Positions 17,697 through 28,689 of a stretch of DNA of 64,000 nt are shown here, piece after piece; within the stretch, counting starts at the first letter, position 1; every line of letters starts with the position of its first letter. The notes under the pieces are model-generated. The model did not search any database. It had not been told where the DNA came from and saw nothing but the letters and a program-made list of their open reading frames with translations. The position numbers and the translations under genes are program-made. The stretch lies in the NCBI GenBank assembly GCA_040005235.1, contig JBDTZG010000028.1:6940-70939 (forward strand). Reading direction: 5' to 3'. Source of the DNA: Acidobacteriota bacterium (lineage in GTDB: Bacteria; Acidobacteriota; Thermoanaerobaculia; Multivoradales; UBA5704).

Positions 17697-17872
17697 GGAG
17701 AGTCAGCTCCTTTCGCGCCGAGCACGGCCGGACGGCCGCGCAGTGATGGCGTATGTGATGGGCGAAGAGGGAGAGTGGCGCGTTACAGCCGCGCCGGGTT
17801 GGAGCCCGTCCAACCTCCCGCGAGCGCCCTCGGAATCGAAACCTCCGCGCGCGATGCACGTAGTCTTCGGCT

Positions 17873-20314
17873 ATGCCAAAGACTCGCCTTTTCTACGGGC
17901 AAGACGTCCGTTACGCTTTTCGCCTCCTGGCCAAGAGCCCGCTTTCTTCGCTCCTGACGGTGGTCGTTCTCGCCGGGGGATTGAGCGTGAGCATCTTCAC
18001 TTTCTCCTTTCTCTATACGGCGATGCTCAAGCCGCTGCCGGTTCGGGAAGGGGAGGGCATCGTCAAGCTCCTCTCGGTGACGAACGGATCTTGGGGGGCG
18101 ATCGACGCCGCGGATCTTGCCGCCGTTCGGCGTCGACTGACAAGCCTCACGGACCTCGGCGCCTATTCCTCTCGGGAGTTGGTGGTCGGCACGGGAGAAG
18201 GGACTCGCGCGATCCAAGCAACCGAGACCGAGTGGAACATCTTCGAGGTGACCCGGACCTTGCCGGCGCTCGGGCGCGGCTTTCGGCGGGAGGATCAAGT
18301 GGCGGGAGCCGAGCCGACGGTGGTGTTGAGCGACGGGGTCTTCCGGAGCGTCTTCGGCGGCGACCGCGATCTCATCGACCGCCATGTCGTCCTCTCCGGC
18401 GTTTCGACCCGCTTGATCGGGGTAATGCCGCCCGGCTACGGCTTTCCCGTGGCCTCGGAAGCCTGGGTGCCGATTCGGCCCGAAATCCTCTCTGCTACCG
18501 TTCCCAATCAGCAGGCGGTCGAGGCCTACGCCCGGTTGGCGCCGGGATCGAGCCGTCGACGGGCGGCGGCCGAGCTTTCGGCGCTCTTGCTGGGGGTGCG
18601 GCGCGCGCGTCCCGCGGAGGCTACCGCGGAGGAGCGGGCCGAGCCGACCGGGATGCGGGTGGAGACCTTTCCGATCGCCCAGATCGGCGAGGTGGCTCCC
18701 CTCCTGCTCGCCGTTCTCAATACCCTCGCGACTCTGATCCTGCTACTCGCCTGCGTCAACGTCACGAATCTTCTCCTGGCGCGCGCCAACGAGCGGGCTC
18801 GCGAGACCGCCGTCCGGCTCGCCCTCGGCGCGCCCCGGCCGCGACTGATCATGCAGTGCCTTTGGGAAATCGTCCTCCTCTGTGTCGCGGGCGGATCGCT
18901 GGCGACGGGTATCGCTGCGGCGGCTCTGGGGACCCTCAACGATTGGGCTCATGCCCACCTGGCGGGAAACCTGGCGTTCTGGTGGGTCTGGGGCTTCGAC
19001 CGTACCCTCGGGTTCGCGGCCGGTGCCTTCGTCACCTTGGCGGTCGCGGTTTTGGGCGGAGTGGTCGCGGTGCGGGCTACCCGCACGGAGGTCAACTCCA
19101 TTCTTCAGGAGGGTGGTGCGCGGAGCGGCGACCGGCGCGAGGGCCGCATGGCCCGTGCCCTGGTGGTGACTCAGGTGGCGACGGTTTCGGTGTTGATGTT
19201 CGTCGGCTGCATGTCGGGCGTCATCGCCTGGCGGGTCGTCCACGTGGACTTAGGTTTCGACACCCGCAACCTCCTTGAATCCTCGGTCGAGCTTCCGGCG
19301 GAGCGGTATCCGGACGCGCCCGCCCGGGGCCGGTTCTACCAAACGCTCTACGAGCAGCTCGTTGCGCGGCCGGAGCTGCTCGGGGTGGTTTTGCGTGAAC
19401 CGCTCGCCTCGATCTCCGGCGAGGAGGGCGAGTTCGAGCTGAGGGAGCCGGGCGCCGCCTCGGCTCGTGCGCGGACTTTCGTCCAGGCGGTGCTCGGGCC
19501 GCTCACTCCGCTCGGTATCGATCTCCGCGCGGGCCGATTCTTTGACAGCCGAGACCGCGAATCCTCCGAACCGACGGTTTTGGTGAGCCGGGCCTTCGCC
19601 TCGCGGACCTGGCCGAACCAGTCGCCGATCGGACGCCAGATCCGGCTCGTGGGCCTTGAAGAAAAGCGATGGCGGACGGTGGTCGGCGTAGTGGACGACG
19701 CAATGTTGGGCAACCCGCTCTCCCGCGATCGGAGCACGATCGCGGCCTACCTCCCGCTGCGGCAAACCGGGGCGGAAGAGGCAATGGTCCTATTTCGCCA
19801 CCGCGGCAGCCGCCCCGCGGGCCAGTCGGCGTTCCACCAGACGCTCGCCGGACTTGATCCGCTGCTCACTCCGGCCGGCGTCCAGAGCTTCGAAGAGGTC
19901 TTGGCCAAGACTACGATGATCGCCCGATCGGTGGCCGGGCTGTTCGGAATTTGCTTCGGCTTCGCGCTCCTGCTAGCGGCGAGCGGCACTTTCGGGCTGA
20001 TGGCCCGCTCGATCGGCCGGCGCACGCGCGAAATCGGCGTCCGGCGCGCCCTGGGCGCTTCGGAGCGAAACATCCTCCGAATGCTCTTGGGTCAGGGCGG
20101 CCGGCAGCTGGGCATAGGCGCGCTCTTCGCGTTGCCGCTCACCGTGCTCGCGGGGTTCGGGTTCTCGCATTTCTTTCCTGTCTCGTTCGGTCTGTCGGTC
20201 GGTGTCGCACTCCTGGTCGCCGCCTCGGTCGGTGCGATGGTGCTCGCCGCGACCTGGGTGCCAGGTCGCCAGGCGGTCGCGGTCGAGCCGCGAGACGCCC
20301 TCTGGCGGGAGTGA
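17873..20314 (+). CDS. MacB/FtsX-type ABC transporter permease, ADOP family (acidobacterial duplicated orphan permease)
   Basis: 813 aa. It has two FtsX 4-TM modules, each preceded by a large periplasmic MacB-like domain. The N-terminal segment is typical of ADOP (MPKTRLFYGQDVRYAFRLLAKSPLSSLLTVVVLAGGLSVSIF). Confidence 0.9.
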   Translation: MPKTRLFYGQDVRYAFRLLAKSPLSSLLTVVVLAGGLSVSIFTFSFLYTAMLKPLPVREGEGIVKLLSVTNGSWGAIDAADLAAVRRRLTSLTDLGAYSSRELVVGTGEGTRAIQATETEWNIFEVTRTLPALGRGFRREDQVAGAEPTVVLSDGVFRSVFGGDRDLIDRHVVLSGVSTRLIGVMPPGYGFPVASEAWVPIRPEILSATVPNQQAVEAYARLAPGSSRRRAAAELSALLLGVRRARPAEATAEERAEPTGMRVETFPIAQIGEVAPLLLAVLNTLATLILLLACVNVTNLLLARANERARETAVRLALGAPRPRLIMQCLWEIVLLCVAGGSLATGIAAAALGTLNDWAHAHLAGNLAFWWVWGFDRTLGFAAGAFVTLAVAVLGGVVAVRATRTEVNSILQEGGARSGDRREGRMARALVVTQVATVSVLMFVGCMSGVIAWRVVHVDLGFDTRNLLESSVELPAERYPDAPARGRFYQTLYEQLVARPELLGVVLREPLASISGEEGEFELREPGAASARARTFVQAVLGPLTPLGIDLRAGRFFDSRDRESSEPTVLVSRAFASRTWPNQSPIGRQIRLVGLEEKRWRTVVGVVDDAMLGNPLSRDRSTIAAYLPLRQTGAEEAMVLFRHRGSRPAGQSAFHQTLAGLDPLLTPAGVQSFEEVLAKTTMIARSVAGLFGICFGFALLLAASGTFGLMARSIGRRTREIGVRRALGASERNILRMLLGQGGRQLGIGALFALPLTVLAGFGFSHFFPVSFGLSVGVALLVAASVGAMVLAATWVPGRQAVAVEPRDALWRE

Positions 20315-20427
20315 ACCGCAGTGGGGGCTGAACGCCCGCCGACCTACCCGGCGGGTCGTTGCCTCGCCCTGGGCTTGCCTTTATCCTGTGCCTTCCGATC
20401 CGCCGAACCGACCTTCGAGGAGGCCGC

Positions 20428-22362
<1,935 letters not shown>

Positions 22363-22384
22363 GGGAAGGACCCCCTCCAGTATG

Positions 22385-23209
22385 CTACTCATTCGGGTGA
22401 ATGACAGGGAAGGTGATGCCGAACACGCTGTAAGCAACCTCCTGTTCGGTAGTCCATAGGCGATGGTCGATGCCTCGGTATTCGATAACGAACGGAATTC
22501 GTAGAGACCTCGGGCCCTGCGACGGCATGGGTACCTCTAATAGCGCGCGCTGGAGCGATGCGTTAAAGTTGCTGACGTTTTCATGAATGAACTCGCCAGG
22601 CTGGAGGCTTTGGAAAGGTCCTCTCACCAATGAGCTGCGGTCGCCGATACTGATCTTGGGTATATTGATGTTAACTGCTGACGCGAGACCAAGATTCACA
22701 ATGCGGACTCTCTCCACGGTGTACTCTTGGCCGGTCTCTTCGTGCTCGACTGCTTCGCGAAAATATTCGTCTATAACTACCCAGGGCCTCTGAGGCATCG
22801 TGACTATCGTTCCAGGAGCTCGGCTATCCAGTTCGCTGAGTGCAGTTTCCTCAGCTAATTGTTTCCAGGAGCGTAGGATAGTTTCGGGAAACCGATTTAC
22901 ATCAGAATCGATGAGTTTTGCGCAGGTTTGGCAAAGCCAAATCGCATTTTCTGCAGACTTTCTCTGTGACGCTGTAATTTCTGGATGGTAGCGAGGTCCG
23001 CCTGGAGAAGCGGAAGTGATATGAGCTGCCACGCCAACATTGATCACACCGTTCCCAAGGAGAGCTGGGCCGCAGGTTTGTTTTCGGCACTTTTCATTCG
23101 AACAGTGGTTGGCAACGCGGTGAGCCAGTTCTGCTTTGATTTTTGCGCTGAAGTCGTCTCTCATCCGTAGAGCCTCTAGTTCTTTTGTTGATCGAGAGAT
23201 CAGATACAT
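22385..23209 (-). CDS. HNH-motif (Zn-finger nuclease-like) protein, N-terminal HNH domain + ~170-aa unknown C-terminal domain
   Basis: It has paired CxxC plus His/Asn: HCSNEKCRKQ...VAAHITSASPGG...NAIWLCQTCAKLID. It lies in a lower-GC island (~52-58%) immediately downstream of and convergent with acs, and directly downstream of the RAYT gene. Confidence 0.55.
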   Translation of the reverse strand: MYLISRSTKELEALRMRDDFSAKIKAELAHRVANHCSNEKCRKQTCGPALLGNGVINVGVAAHITSASPGGPRYHPEITASQRKSAENAIWLCQTCAKLIDSDVNRFPETILRSWKQLAEETALSELDSRAPGTIVTMPQRPWVVIDEYFREAVEHEETGQEYTVERVRIVNLGLASAVNINIPKISIGDRSSLVRGPFQSLQPGEFIHENVSNFNASLQRALLEVPMPSQGPRSLRIPFVIEYRGIDHRLWTTEQEVAYSVFGITFPVIHPNE

Positions 23210-23214
23210 CCACG

Positions 23215-23345
23215 GGCTCCTGGTTTAATTCTTGAAGGGCGAATTTCAAGGGCCGAAGGCCCATCCAATAATAGCCTAGGGCAACGCCCTAGGTTCCCGG
23301 TTCGCGCCCACCCCAAAAGGGCTGAAGGCCCGCACCATCCACCCT
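23215..23345. repeat. REP-like palindromic hairpins (3 units) on the 3' side of the RAYT gene
   Basis: The hairpins are gggccgaaggccc (~23250-23262), cctagggcaacgccctagg (~23275-23293) and gggctgaaggccc (~23329-23341). They have GC-rich stems and are each followed by ...catcc. Confidence 0.7.
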
Positions 23346-23797
23346 TAATCCCACACATACCGCTCATCGTAAGCCACTTTATATTTCGCCAGGAACGCCC
23401 GATATTCCTCCTGGAACGTGCGCGTTCGATGGTGCTCCTCCTGGTTGTCAATGTAGGCCACCAAAGCCTCCAGATCGCCGGGGCCGACAGAGAACACGCC
23501 GTAGCCGCGTTGCCACGCAAAGTTCTGAAGATCGGGCGACTGGGTCTTGAGCCATTTTGAGGAGGAAGTCTTGAGCTCTTCGACGAGGGCGGCAATCGTG
23601 ATCGTTCGAGAAAAGCGAATCGCCATGTGAACATGATCGGCCACGCCTCCGGCGCGATCGCAGAGGCAGCCCGCGTTGCGGGCGACGGTGGCCAAGTAGG
23701 CGTGTAGCGGTGTGCGGATCGTCGGTCCTATATATGCATAACGGTCCTTCGTGCTAAAGATCAGGTGAAGGACGACGTTGGCTAGCGATTGTGGCAT
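23345..23797 (-). CDS. tnpA: IS200/IS605-family Y1 (HUH) transposase, REP-associated tyrosine transposase (RAYT)-like
   Basis: 150 aa. It has the HUH motif HVHMAI and the catalytic Tyr context YIDNQEEHH. The size and motifs are typical of TnpA(IS200)/RAYT. It is flanked on both sides by inverted REP hairpins. Confidence 0.85.
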   Translation of the reverse strand: MPQSLANVVLHLIFSTKDRYAYIGPTIRTPLHAYLATVARNAGCLCDRAGGVADHVHMAIRFSRTITIAALVEELKTSSSKWLKTQSPDLQNFAWQRGYGVFSVGPGDLEALVAYIDNQEEHHRTRTFQEEYRAFLAKYKVAYDERYVWD

Positions 23798-23799
23798 GG

Positions 23800-23905
23800 T
23801 GAGTTAGGGCGGACTTTCAGTCCTTGGTGGGGTGCCAAACGGTCCTGTCCTGGGGCGTTGCCCCAGGCTTTTATAGGTTCGCGCCTTTGGCGCTGGCGGG
23901 ATCGT
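23800..23905. repeat. REP-like palindromic hairpins on the 5' side of the RAYT gene (inverted orientation)
   Basis: The hairpins are cctggggcgttgccccagg (~23849-23867), whose core is the reverse complement of the gggcaacgccc hairpin on the other side, and gcgcctttggcgc (~23881-23893). A ggtgccaaa motif is repeated at ~23831 and ~23966. Confidence 0.65.
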
Positions 23906-24046
23906 ACACCTCGCCGACGGGTGGCGGCGACTCAGCTTCCTTAGCGTGTAATCCCCCTTACCGTTGGTGCCAAAGGGTAGACTGTGCTGAATCGGCACTG
24001 AGCACGGCCAGGAACCGCCGCAATCACCCTTCGATCTAAGCCAGGC

Positions 24047-24592
24047 ATGATCAACGTGAAGCCTTGGTTCCGCCGCACGGTCTTGATTCTCGGTAGCGCG
24101 ATTCCTGTCAGTTTCGCCATTGGCTTTCTCGGCCATGGCGAATTTCCCGTGACGCATGTTGCGGTCCAGGCACTGGTAGTTGGTGGGTTCGTCTTTCTGG
24201 TCGTTGGCGGCGTGCTTCCCGCTACGCTGGCACGAGGGAAGAGCAGTGTCCTTCGATCGGGGCTGGTGTGTCTCGTCGCCGCGTTGCTCGTTTTTCCGGC
24301 GGCGCGGCTCGCCTGGCGCATCGACCTCTTCCGGTTCGACCGCTACGTTCGCCGCGAGCTGACTACGAAGCTCGAATCGACCCGCGCCGCACGGGGCGAA
24401 TATCCGGAAAGTTTATCCGCCCTCGGCTTACCCTCCGCAGCGAGTCCCTGGCTCTTGAAGCGAAGCGGTTTTGTACCGAAAGGAGGAGGCTTCACGATCT
24501 CGGTAATGGACCCGGGGGTTTGCGGACACCTACTGACCTACGATTCCGTTAGCACTCGTTGGGCCGAGTCGTGGGAGTCGTGCTGGTTCTGA
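24047..24592 (+). CDS. Hypothetical small membrane protein
   Basis: 181 aa with 3-4 predicted TM helices (VLILGSAIPVSFAIGFLG, ALVVGGFVFLVVGGVLPA, LVCLVAALLVFPAA). Intermediate GC. No recognisable family. Confidence 0.45.
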   Translation: MINVKPWFRRTVLILGSAIPVSFAIGFLGHGEFPVTHVAVQALVVGGFVFLVVGGVLPATLARGKSSVLRSGLVCLVAALLVFPAARLAWRIDLFRFDRYVRRELTTKLESTRAARGEYPESLSALGLPSAASPWLLKRSGFVPKGGGFTISVMDPGVCGHLLTYDSVSTRWAESWESCWF

Positions 24593-24711
24593 GGACCGGG
24601 TCTGCCCGTCCCATGGGATCCGGGATTCGGACCGGACACCACGGGCTGAGAGCTCGCGAGAGATAGGATCTCTTCTCCTGAGAGAGCACACAGGAAAGGG
24701 AAGCCTCACAG

Positions 24712-26853
24712 ATGAGCCCGTTTTCGAAGTCTGGCGCGGTGATCGCCGCTTTTGCGGTGGCCGCGGTCACGGCCACCCACGCGCAGGCGTCCTCACCCGC
24801 TGCCGCTGCCCCCACCCCCTTCGCCGCCCTCTACCAGGCGATCGGGAATCCCAAGATCGACGCCTCCATGCCCGCCCCGGCGCGCCTGATGATCGGCCGG
24901 GCGGAGATTCGTCCCGCGGCAGGCGCCCAACTCTGGCGGATGGTGGCGAATGGCCGTCCTTGCGGGGTGATGCTGGACGGTCCGGCGGTTTGGAGCTACC
25001 GGGTGGAGGATCGGTTCTCGCAGCCGATCGCCAAGCGGAATGCTCGGCGGGGATCGAAGTTGGAGGCAAAGGACGAGGACGGCGTGCTGGTGTTGAGCGG
25101 GAACCTTCGCGGGGTGGCGATCTGGAGTTGGTCGATCGCTTCGGAGTTGAGCTCGGCGGGGGCGACGGAGTGGCATGCTGGAGAGTCTCGGAAGCTCCCC
25201 GAGTGGGCGACGGATCGGTTGTCGCATCGCCTGTCGGCGAATCCCGCGCGCGACCTTCTTTTGAGCGACGGCAACGGCGATCCGCGGTATGCCTGGACAC
25301 TGCTTCATGGCGACAAGGTCGACTACGTGCTCGATTGGGATGCTCGGACGACCGTGGCGAGCGAATCGTTGTCGCGGGCGGAAACCGAGCCGCTCGCCAG
25401 CGAATACCGCGGGCGGTGGAGTGACGTCGAGATCGCAGCCCAGCCGATCGGCCGCTCTTGGTGGGATGCGCCCGGCGCGCTCGAATGGGTGAGCGTCGCG
25501 ACCGACCTCGACGTGAAGGAGCAGCCGGGAGACCGGGCGCGAGTGGCGAGCCGGGTGCGGATGGAGGCGAAGGCGCCGGGGCTCAAGGTGCTCGCCCTGG
25601 CGCTTCTCTCCGAGACGGCGAACAGCGCGGGCTCGCTCCGTCCGGCGACGCTCGAAAAGGTGACGATCGCCGGCCAGCCGGCCGACTACGTGATGGACCG
25701 CAACCACCTGTTGATCGCTCTGCCGCAGCCGGTGGCCAAGGGGGGAACCGTCGAGGTCGAGACGGTCTGGTCGGGCGAGTTGCTCGCCCGGCCGAACGGC
25801 GATAGCTATTGGCGGGTGGGCGGCATTCCTTGGTACCCCATGCCGGTCGGGGCGGGGAGCGCGCCGGCTTCGAGCTTTCACGTCGCGCTCGAAGTGCGGA
25901 AGCCGTTCGTCCCCTTCGCGCCCGGCAAGACCCTCGAACGGACCGAGACGGCGGAGACGAACAAGGTTGTCACCGAGCTGGCGGGGCCGATGTCGATCGC
26001 CTACATCGGCGCCGGAAAATACGCGACCGGCACCACGACCGAGGGGGATTTCAAGATCGGGATCTCGACCTACGGCGCCCGATTGCCGGGCGAGCTGGAG
26101 CACGCGGGCGAGATCGTCCTGGGCTCTCGACGGTGCCTGACCGACCTGTTGGCCGAGCCCTATCCGTTCGCCGAGCTGCACGTGCTCGAAGTGAACGAGT
26201 GGGGCTGGGGCCAGGCGCCCCCGGGGATGATCTTCATCACCAAAGAGGCTTTCTTGAGCAAGGCGCGGCTGCGGGCGATGAAGACCCAGCAGGGTCTCGC
26301 GCGCGCCATGGTCGCGAACGTCGATGCCCGAATCACCCACGAGGTGGCGCACGGTTGGTTTCCCCACGTGGCGCAGATCAACGATTCCGAGGACGCCTGG
26401 CTGTCGGAGAGCTTCGCGGAGTACGTCTCCTCCGTCTGCGTCAGCCTGCTCGCCTCGGGAGCGCGCGAGCGCGACGCCGCCTGGCAGTTCCAGCTCACGC
26501 AGTGGAAAGAGCTGGTCCGCTCGCTCGGCGATGAGCCCGCGGCGAGCGTCTTCTCCGCGAATCGCATCCCCATCGCCTCGGGCGAAGATTTCGCGATGCG
26601 CCGGGCACTCCTCTACGGCAAGGGGCCGCTCGTCCTCCACGCCTTGCGGCAAGAGCTGGAACGCCAGGCCGGCAACCAGGCCGACGGCGATCGCTTGTTC
26701 TTCAACTGGTTGCGCCGCATCCTCCACGACCACCGGTTCGCGATCACCCACACCCAGGACATCGTTGCGATTCTCGAAGAGATGACCGGCAAGCCATGGC
26801 GCCCGTGGTTCGAGAAATATATTTACAACAGCGACATCCCCAAAATCGACTGA
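24712..26853 (+). CDS. M1-family zinc metallopeptidase (aminopeptidase N-like), secreted
   Basis: The signal peptide is MSPFSKSGAVIAAFAVAAVTATHAQA. The HExxH-x18-E gluzincin signature is ITHEVAHGWFPHVAQINDSEDAWLSESFAEY. aaggga RBS. Confidence 0.8.
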   Translation: MSPFSKSGAVIAAFAVAAVTATHAQASSPAAAAPTPFAALYQAIGNPKIDASMPAPARLMIGRAEIRPAAGAQLWRMVANGRPCGVMLDGPAVWSYRVEDRFSQPIAKRNARRGSKLEAKDEDGVLVLSGNLRGVAIWSWSIASELSSAGATEWHAGESRKLPEWATDRLSHRLSANPARDLLLSDGNGDPRYAWTLLHGDKVDYVLDWDARTTVASESLSRAETEPLASEYRGRWSDVEIAAQPIGRSWWDAPGALEWVSVATDLDVKEQPGDRARVASRVRMEAKAPGLKVLALALLSETANSAGSLRPATLEKVTIAGQPADYVMDRNHLLIALPQPVAKGGTVEVETVWSGELLARPNGDSYWRVGGIPWYPMPVGAGSAPASSFHVALEVRKPFVPFAPGKTLERTETAETNKVVTELAGPMSIAYIGAGKYATGTTTEGDFKIGISTYGARLPGELEHAGEIVLGSRRCLTDLLAEPYPFAELHVLEVNEWGWGQAPPGMIFITKEAFLSKARLRAMKTQQGLARAMVANVDARITHEVAHGWFPHVAQINDSEDAWLSESFAEYVSSVCVSLLASGARERDAAWQFQLTQWKELVRSLGDEPAASVFSANRIPIASGEDFAMRRALLYGKGPLVLHALRQELERQAGNQADGDRLFFNWLRRILHDHRFAITHTQDIVAILEEMTGKPWRPWFEKYIYNSDIPKID

Positions 26854-26870
26854 GAGGAGAATCGAAAGCG

Positions 26871-27356
26871 ATGACCTCGACCCTGCGCACCGGTGCGATT
26901 GGCGCCATGCTTGACGAATACGATCGAGCTGCGGCGGAGCTGTACCGCCTGATCGAAAGCCTTCCGGAAGCGGACTATCTGCGGATTGACCCCAAGGTCA
27001 CCGACGAAGACGGCCGGTCCGTCCAGACGATCATGTCTCACGTCGTGGGCGCCGGATACAGCTACGCCTTCTACATCCGCCAAGCGCTCGGGATGGAAGC
27101 CGCGCGGCCCGCCCGCCCGCTGTTGTCTCAAACCGAGGTGCTCTCCGGTTTCCAGGCGATGCTCGCCCACACCGCCCAATCGTTGGAGGGTCGGTGGGAG
27201 ATGCCCTACGAAGAAATGGAGAGCATCGCGATCCAATCCCGGTGGGGGCCGACCTACAACCTCGAACAGATGCTGGAGCACGCGATCGTCCACATCCTGC
27301 GGCACCGCCGGCAGATCGAGAAGATGGGGTTGGGGGCGGCGGCGCCAAAGGCGTGA
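26871..27356 (+). CDS. DinB_2/DUF664 family protein (second copy)
   Basis: ATG after a gagaggagaa RBS. The His motifs are MSHVVGAGYSYAFY ... LEHAIVHILRHRRQIEK. 161 aa. Confidence 0.6.
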   Translation: MTSTLRTGAIGAMLDEYDRAAAELYRLIESLPEADYLRIDPKVTDEDGRSVQTIMSHVVGAGYSYAFYIRQALGMEAARPARPLLSQTEVLSGFQAMLAHTAQSLEGRWEMPYEEMESIAIQSRWGPTYNLEQMLEHAIVHILRHRRQIEKMGLGAAAPKA

Positions 27357-27369
27357 AGACGCCTGAGCT

Positions 27370-28071
27370 TTGCAGGCATCGGGTTCGAATTTCATGTCAC
27401 CGTCCAACTTCCCTGCCACCGGTTTCGCACTCGTTCCGGAGGTCTTCTCCGCTGCGGAGTGCGAAACGCTCGCCGCGCTTGCACAGCCCTCGGATGGCGC
27501 TTCCCGAGGAACCCGCAGCCTCCTCCAGCAGCCGTGGTGCGCAGCGCTGGCGGAGCGCCTCCGGGCGCACCCGGTGCTGTCGGCTCTGATCCCGGCTGAT
27601 CTCGCGGCCGTTCAGTGTACATACTTCGAGAAATCGGCCGCGCGCAATTGGCTGGTTCCGTTCCACCAAGACTTGAGTATTCCGGTGGCCGAACGGGTCG
27701 AGGCTCCAGGGCTTCGGGGCTGGTCTAAGAAGGAGGGTGGCCTGTTCGTTCAGCCGCCTGTTACGCTTCTGGAGCAGATGCTCGCGGTTCGGCTCCATCT
27801 CGATGCGTGCTCGGAGAACGATGGTCCGCTGCGGGTCGTTCCGGGTTCTCACCTGGAGGGTCGCCTCGAACCGGAAGGGGCTGCGCGCGCACGGGCGCAC
27901 GGAACGGAAGTCGCGTGTATCGCGGACGCGGGCGCGGCGGTCGTTCTCCGGCCTCTTCTCCTACACGCATCCTCGAAGGCCACCGGCGAGAGTCGTCGTC
28001 GCGTGCTGCATTTCGTCTTTGGCCCCCGCGAGCTGCCGTTTGGCCTCCGTTGGCCGATTTCCACGCCGTAA
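27370..28071 (+). CDS. Phytanoyl-CoA dioxygenase (PhyH) family Fe(II)/2OG oxygenase
   Basis: It has the HxD...H facial triad context (VPFHQDLS ... DGPLRVVPGSHL) typical of the PhyH family. The alternative start is at 27394. Confidence 0.7.
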   Translation: MQASGSNFMSPSNFPATGFALVPEVFSAAECETLAALAQPSDGASRGTRSLLQQPWCAALAERLRAHPVLSALIPADLAAVQCTYFEKSAARNWLVPFHQDLSIPVAERVEAPGLRGWSKKEGGLFVQPPVTLLEQMLAVRLHLDACSENDGPLRVVPGSHLEGRLEPEGAARARAHGTEVACIADAGAAVVLRPLLLHASSKATGESRRRVLHFVFGPRELPFGLRWPISTP

Positions 28072-28149
28072 CGTCGCTCTCGGCGACCGCAGTTGCTGAT
28101 GGCTCGGCGCGCTGCAAACTCCGGCGCGGATAGCGGCTATTCGGCGTTT

Positions 28150-28485
28150 TTACGCGGCTCCGCGCTCCAAAGCGGGAGAACAGCTAACGTCAACTCTGAC
28201 TCCGGCGCGAGCGAGCATGTCGACCAGGGAGTCGCTGCTAAAGAGATCGACTCGTCCTCGCACCAGGTCGCTGATCCGAGGTTGGGTGACGCCGAACAAC
28301 TGCGCGGCCTTGATCTGCGTCAGCTTGCGATCCTGCATCAGCTTGCGAATCGTGAACATCAACGACGAGCGTAATTCGAGATGCGCCGCTTCCTCCGCTC
28401 CGAAGCCTAGATCCAAGAAAACGTTGCCGCTCGAAGGTGTGATTTCACTCATGCGGAGCGGCTTCATTGGCAGAGAACTATACAA
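28150..28485 (-). CDS. XRE-family HTH protein, HigA-like antitoxin-type (solitary)
   Basis: The N-terminal NVFLDLGF motif plus the HTH LTQIKAAQLFGVTQPRISDLVRG are typical of HigA-like antidotes. Length is ~100 aa if the start is at the third Met (28452). GC is lower (~58%). No toxin ORF is adjacent. Confidence 0.6.
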   Translation of the reverse strand: MYSSLPMKPLRMSEITPSSGNVFLDLGFGAEEAAHLELRSSLMFTIRKLMQDRKLTQIKAAQLFGVTQPRISDLVRGRVDLFSSDSLVDMLARAGVRVDVSCSPALERGAA

Positions 28486-28689
28486 GCTTCAGTATGCCGC
28501 ACCAAGCGAGGCGCCACGCGCGCTTCAAAGATAACCGGCAAGTCCACATCCTGCGGCACCGTCGGCAGGTCGAGAAGATAGCCGCTGTCTCCACGCCGTA
28601 ACGTCGCTCTCGGCGACCGCAGTTGCTGATGCCTCGGCGGGCTGCGAAATCCGGTGCGGAAAGCGGCTATCCGGCGCGTAAAGCCGATT

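Larger units (their letters stand above)
23215..23905 (-). mobile_element. REP-RAYT unit (IS200-like tnpA flanked by inverted REP hairpins) within a ~2.2 kb lower-GC island (approx 22363-24600)
   Basis: It combines the Y1 transposase gene with inverted GC-stem hairpins on both flanks. The local GC is visibly lower than the ~68% background. Confidence 0.7.

Noticed and set aside
17431-19278. 615-aa plus-strand ORF (R/G/S-rich) overlapping the ADOP permease in another frame
   Set aside because: It has low-complexity Arg/Gly composition. The ADOP frame has the full MacB/FtsX architecture.
23804-24157. 117-aa minus-strand ORF upstream of the RAYT gene
   Set aside because: It spans the REP hairpin region and an intergenic stretch and has no motif support. 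It is more likely non-coding terminal structure of the REP-RAYT unit.
24793-26751. 652-aa minus-strand ORF antisense to the M1 peptidase
   Set aside because: It is Arg/Gly/Asp-rich antisense read-through. The M1 frame has the HExxH-x18-E motif and a signal peptide.
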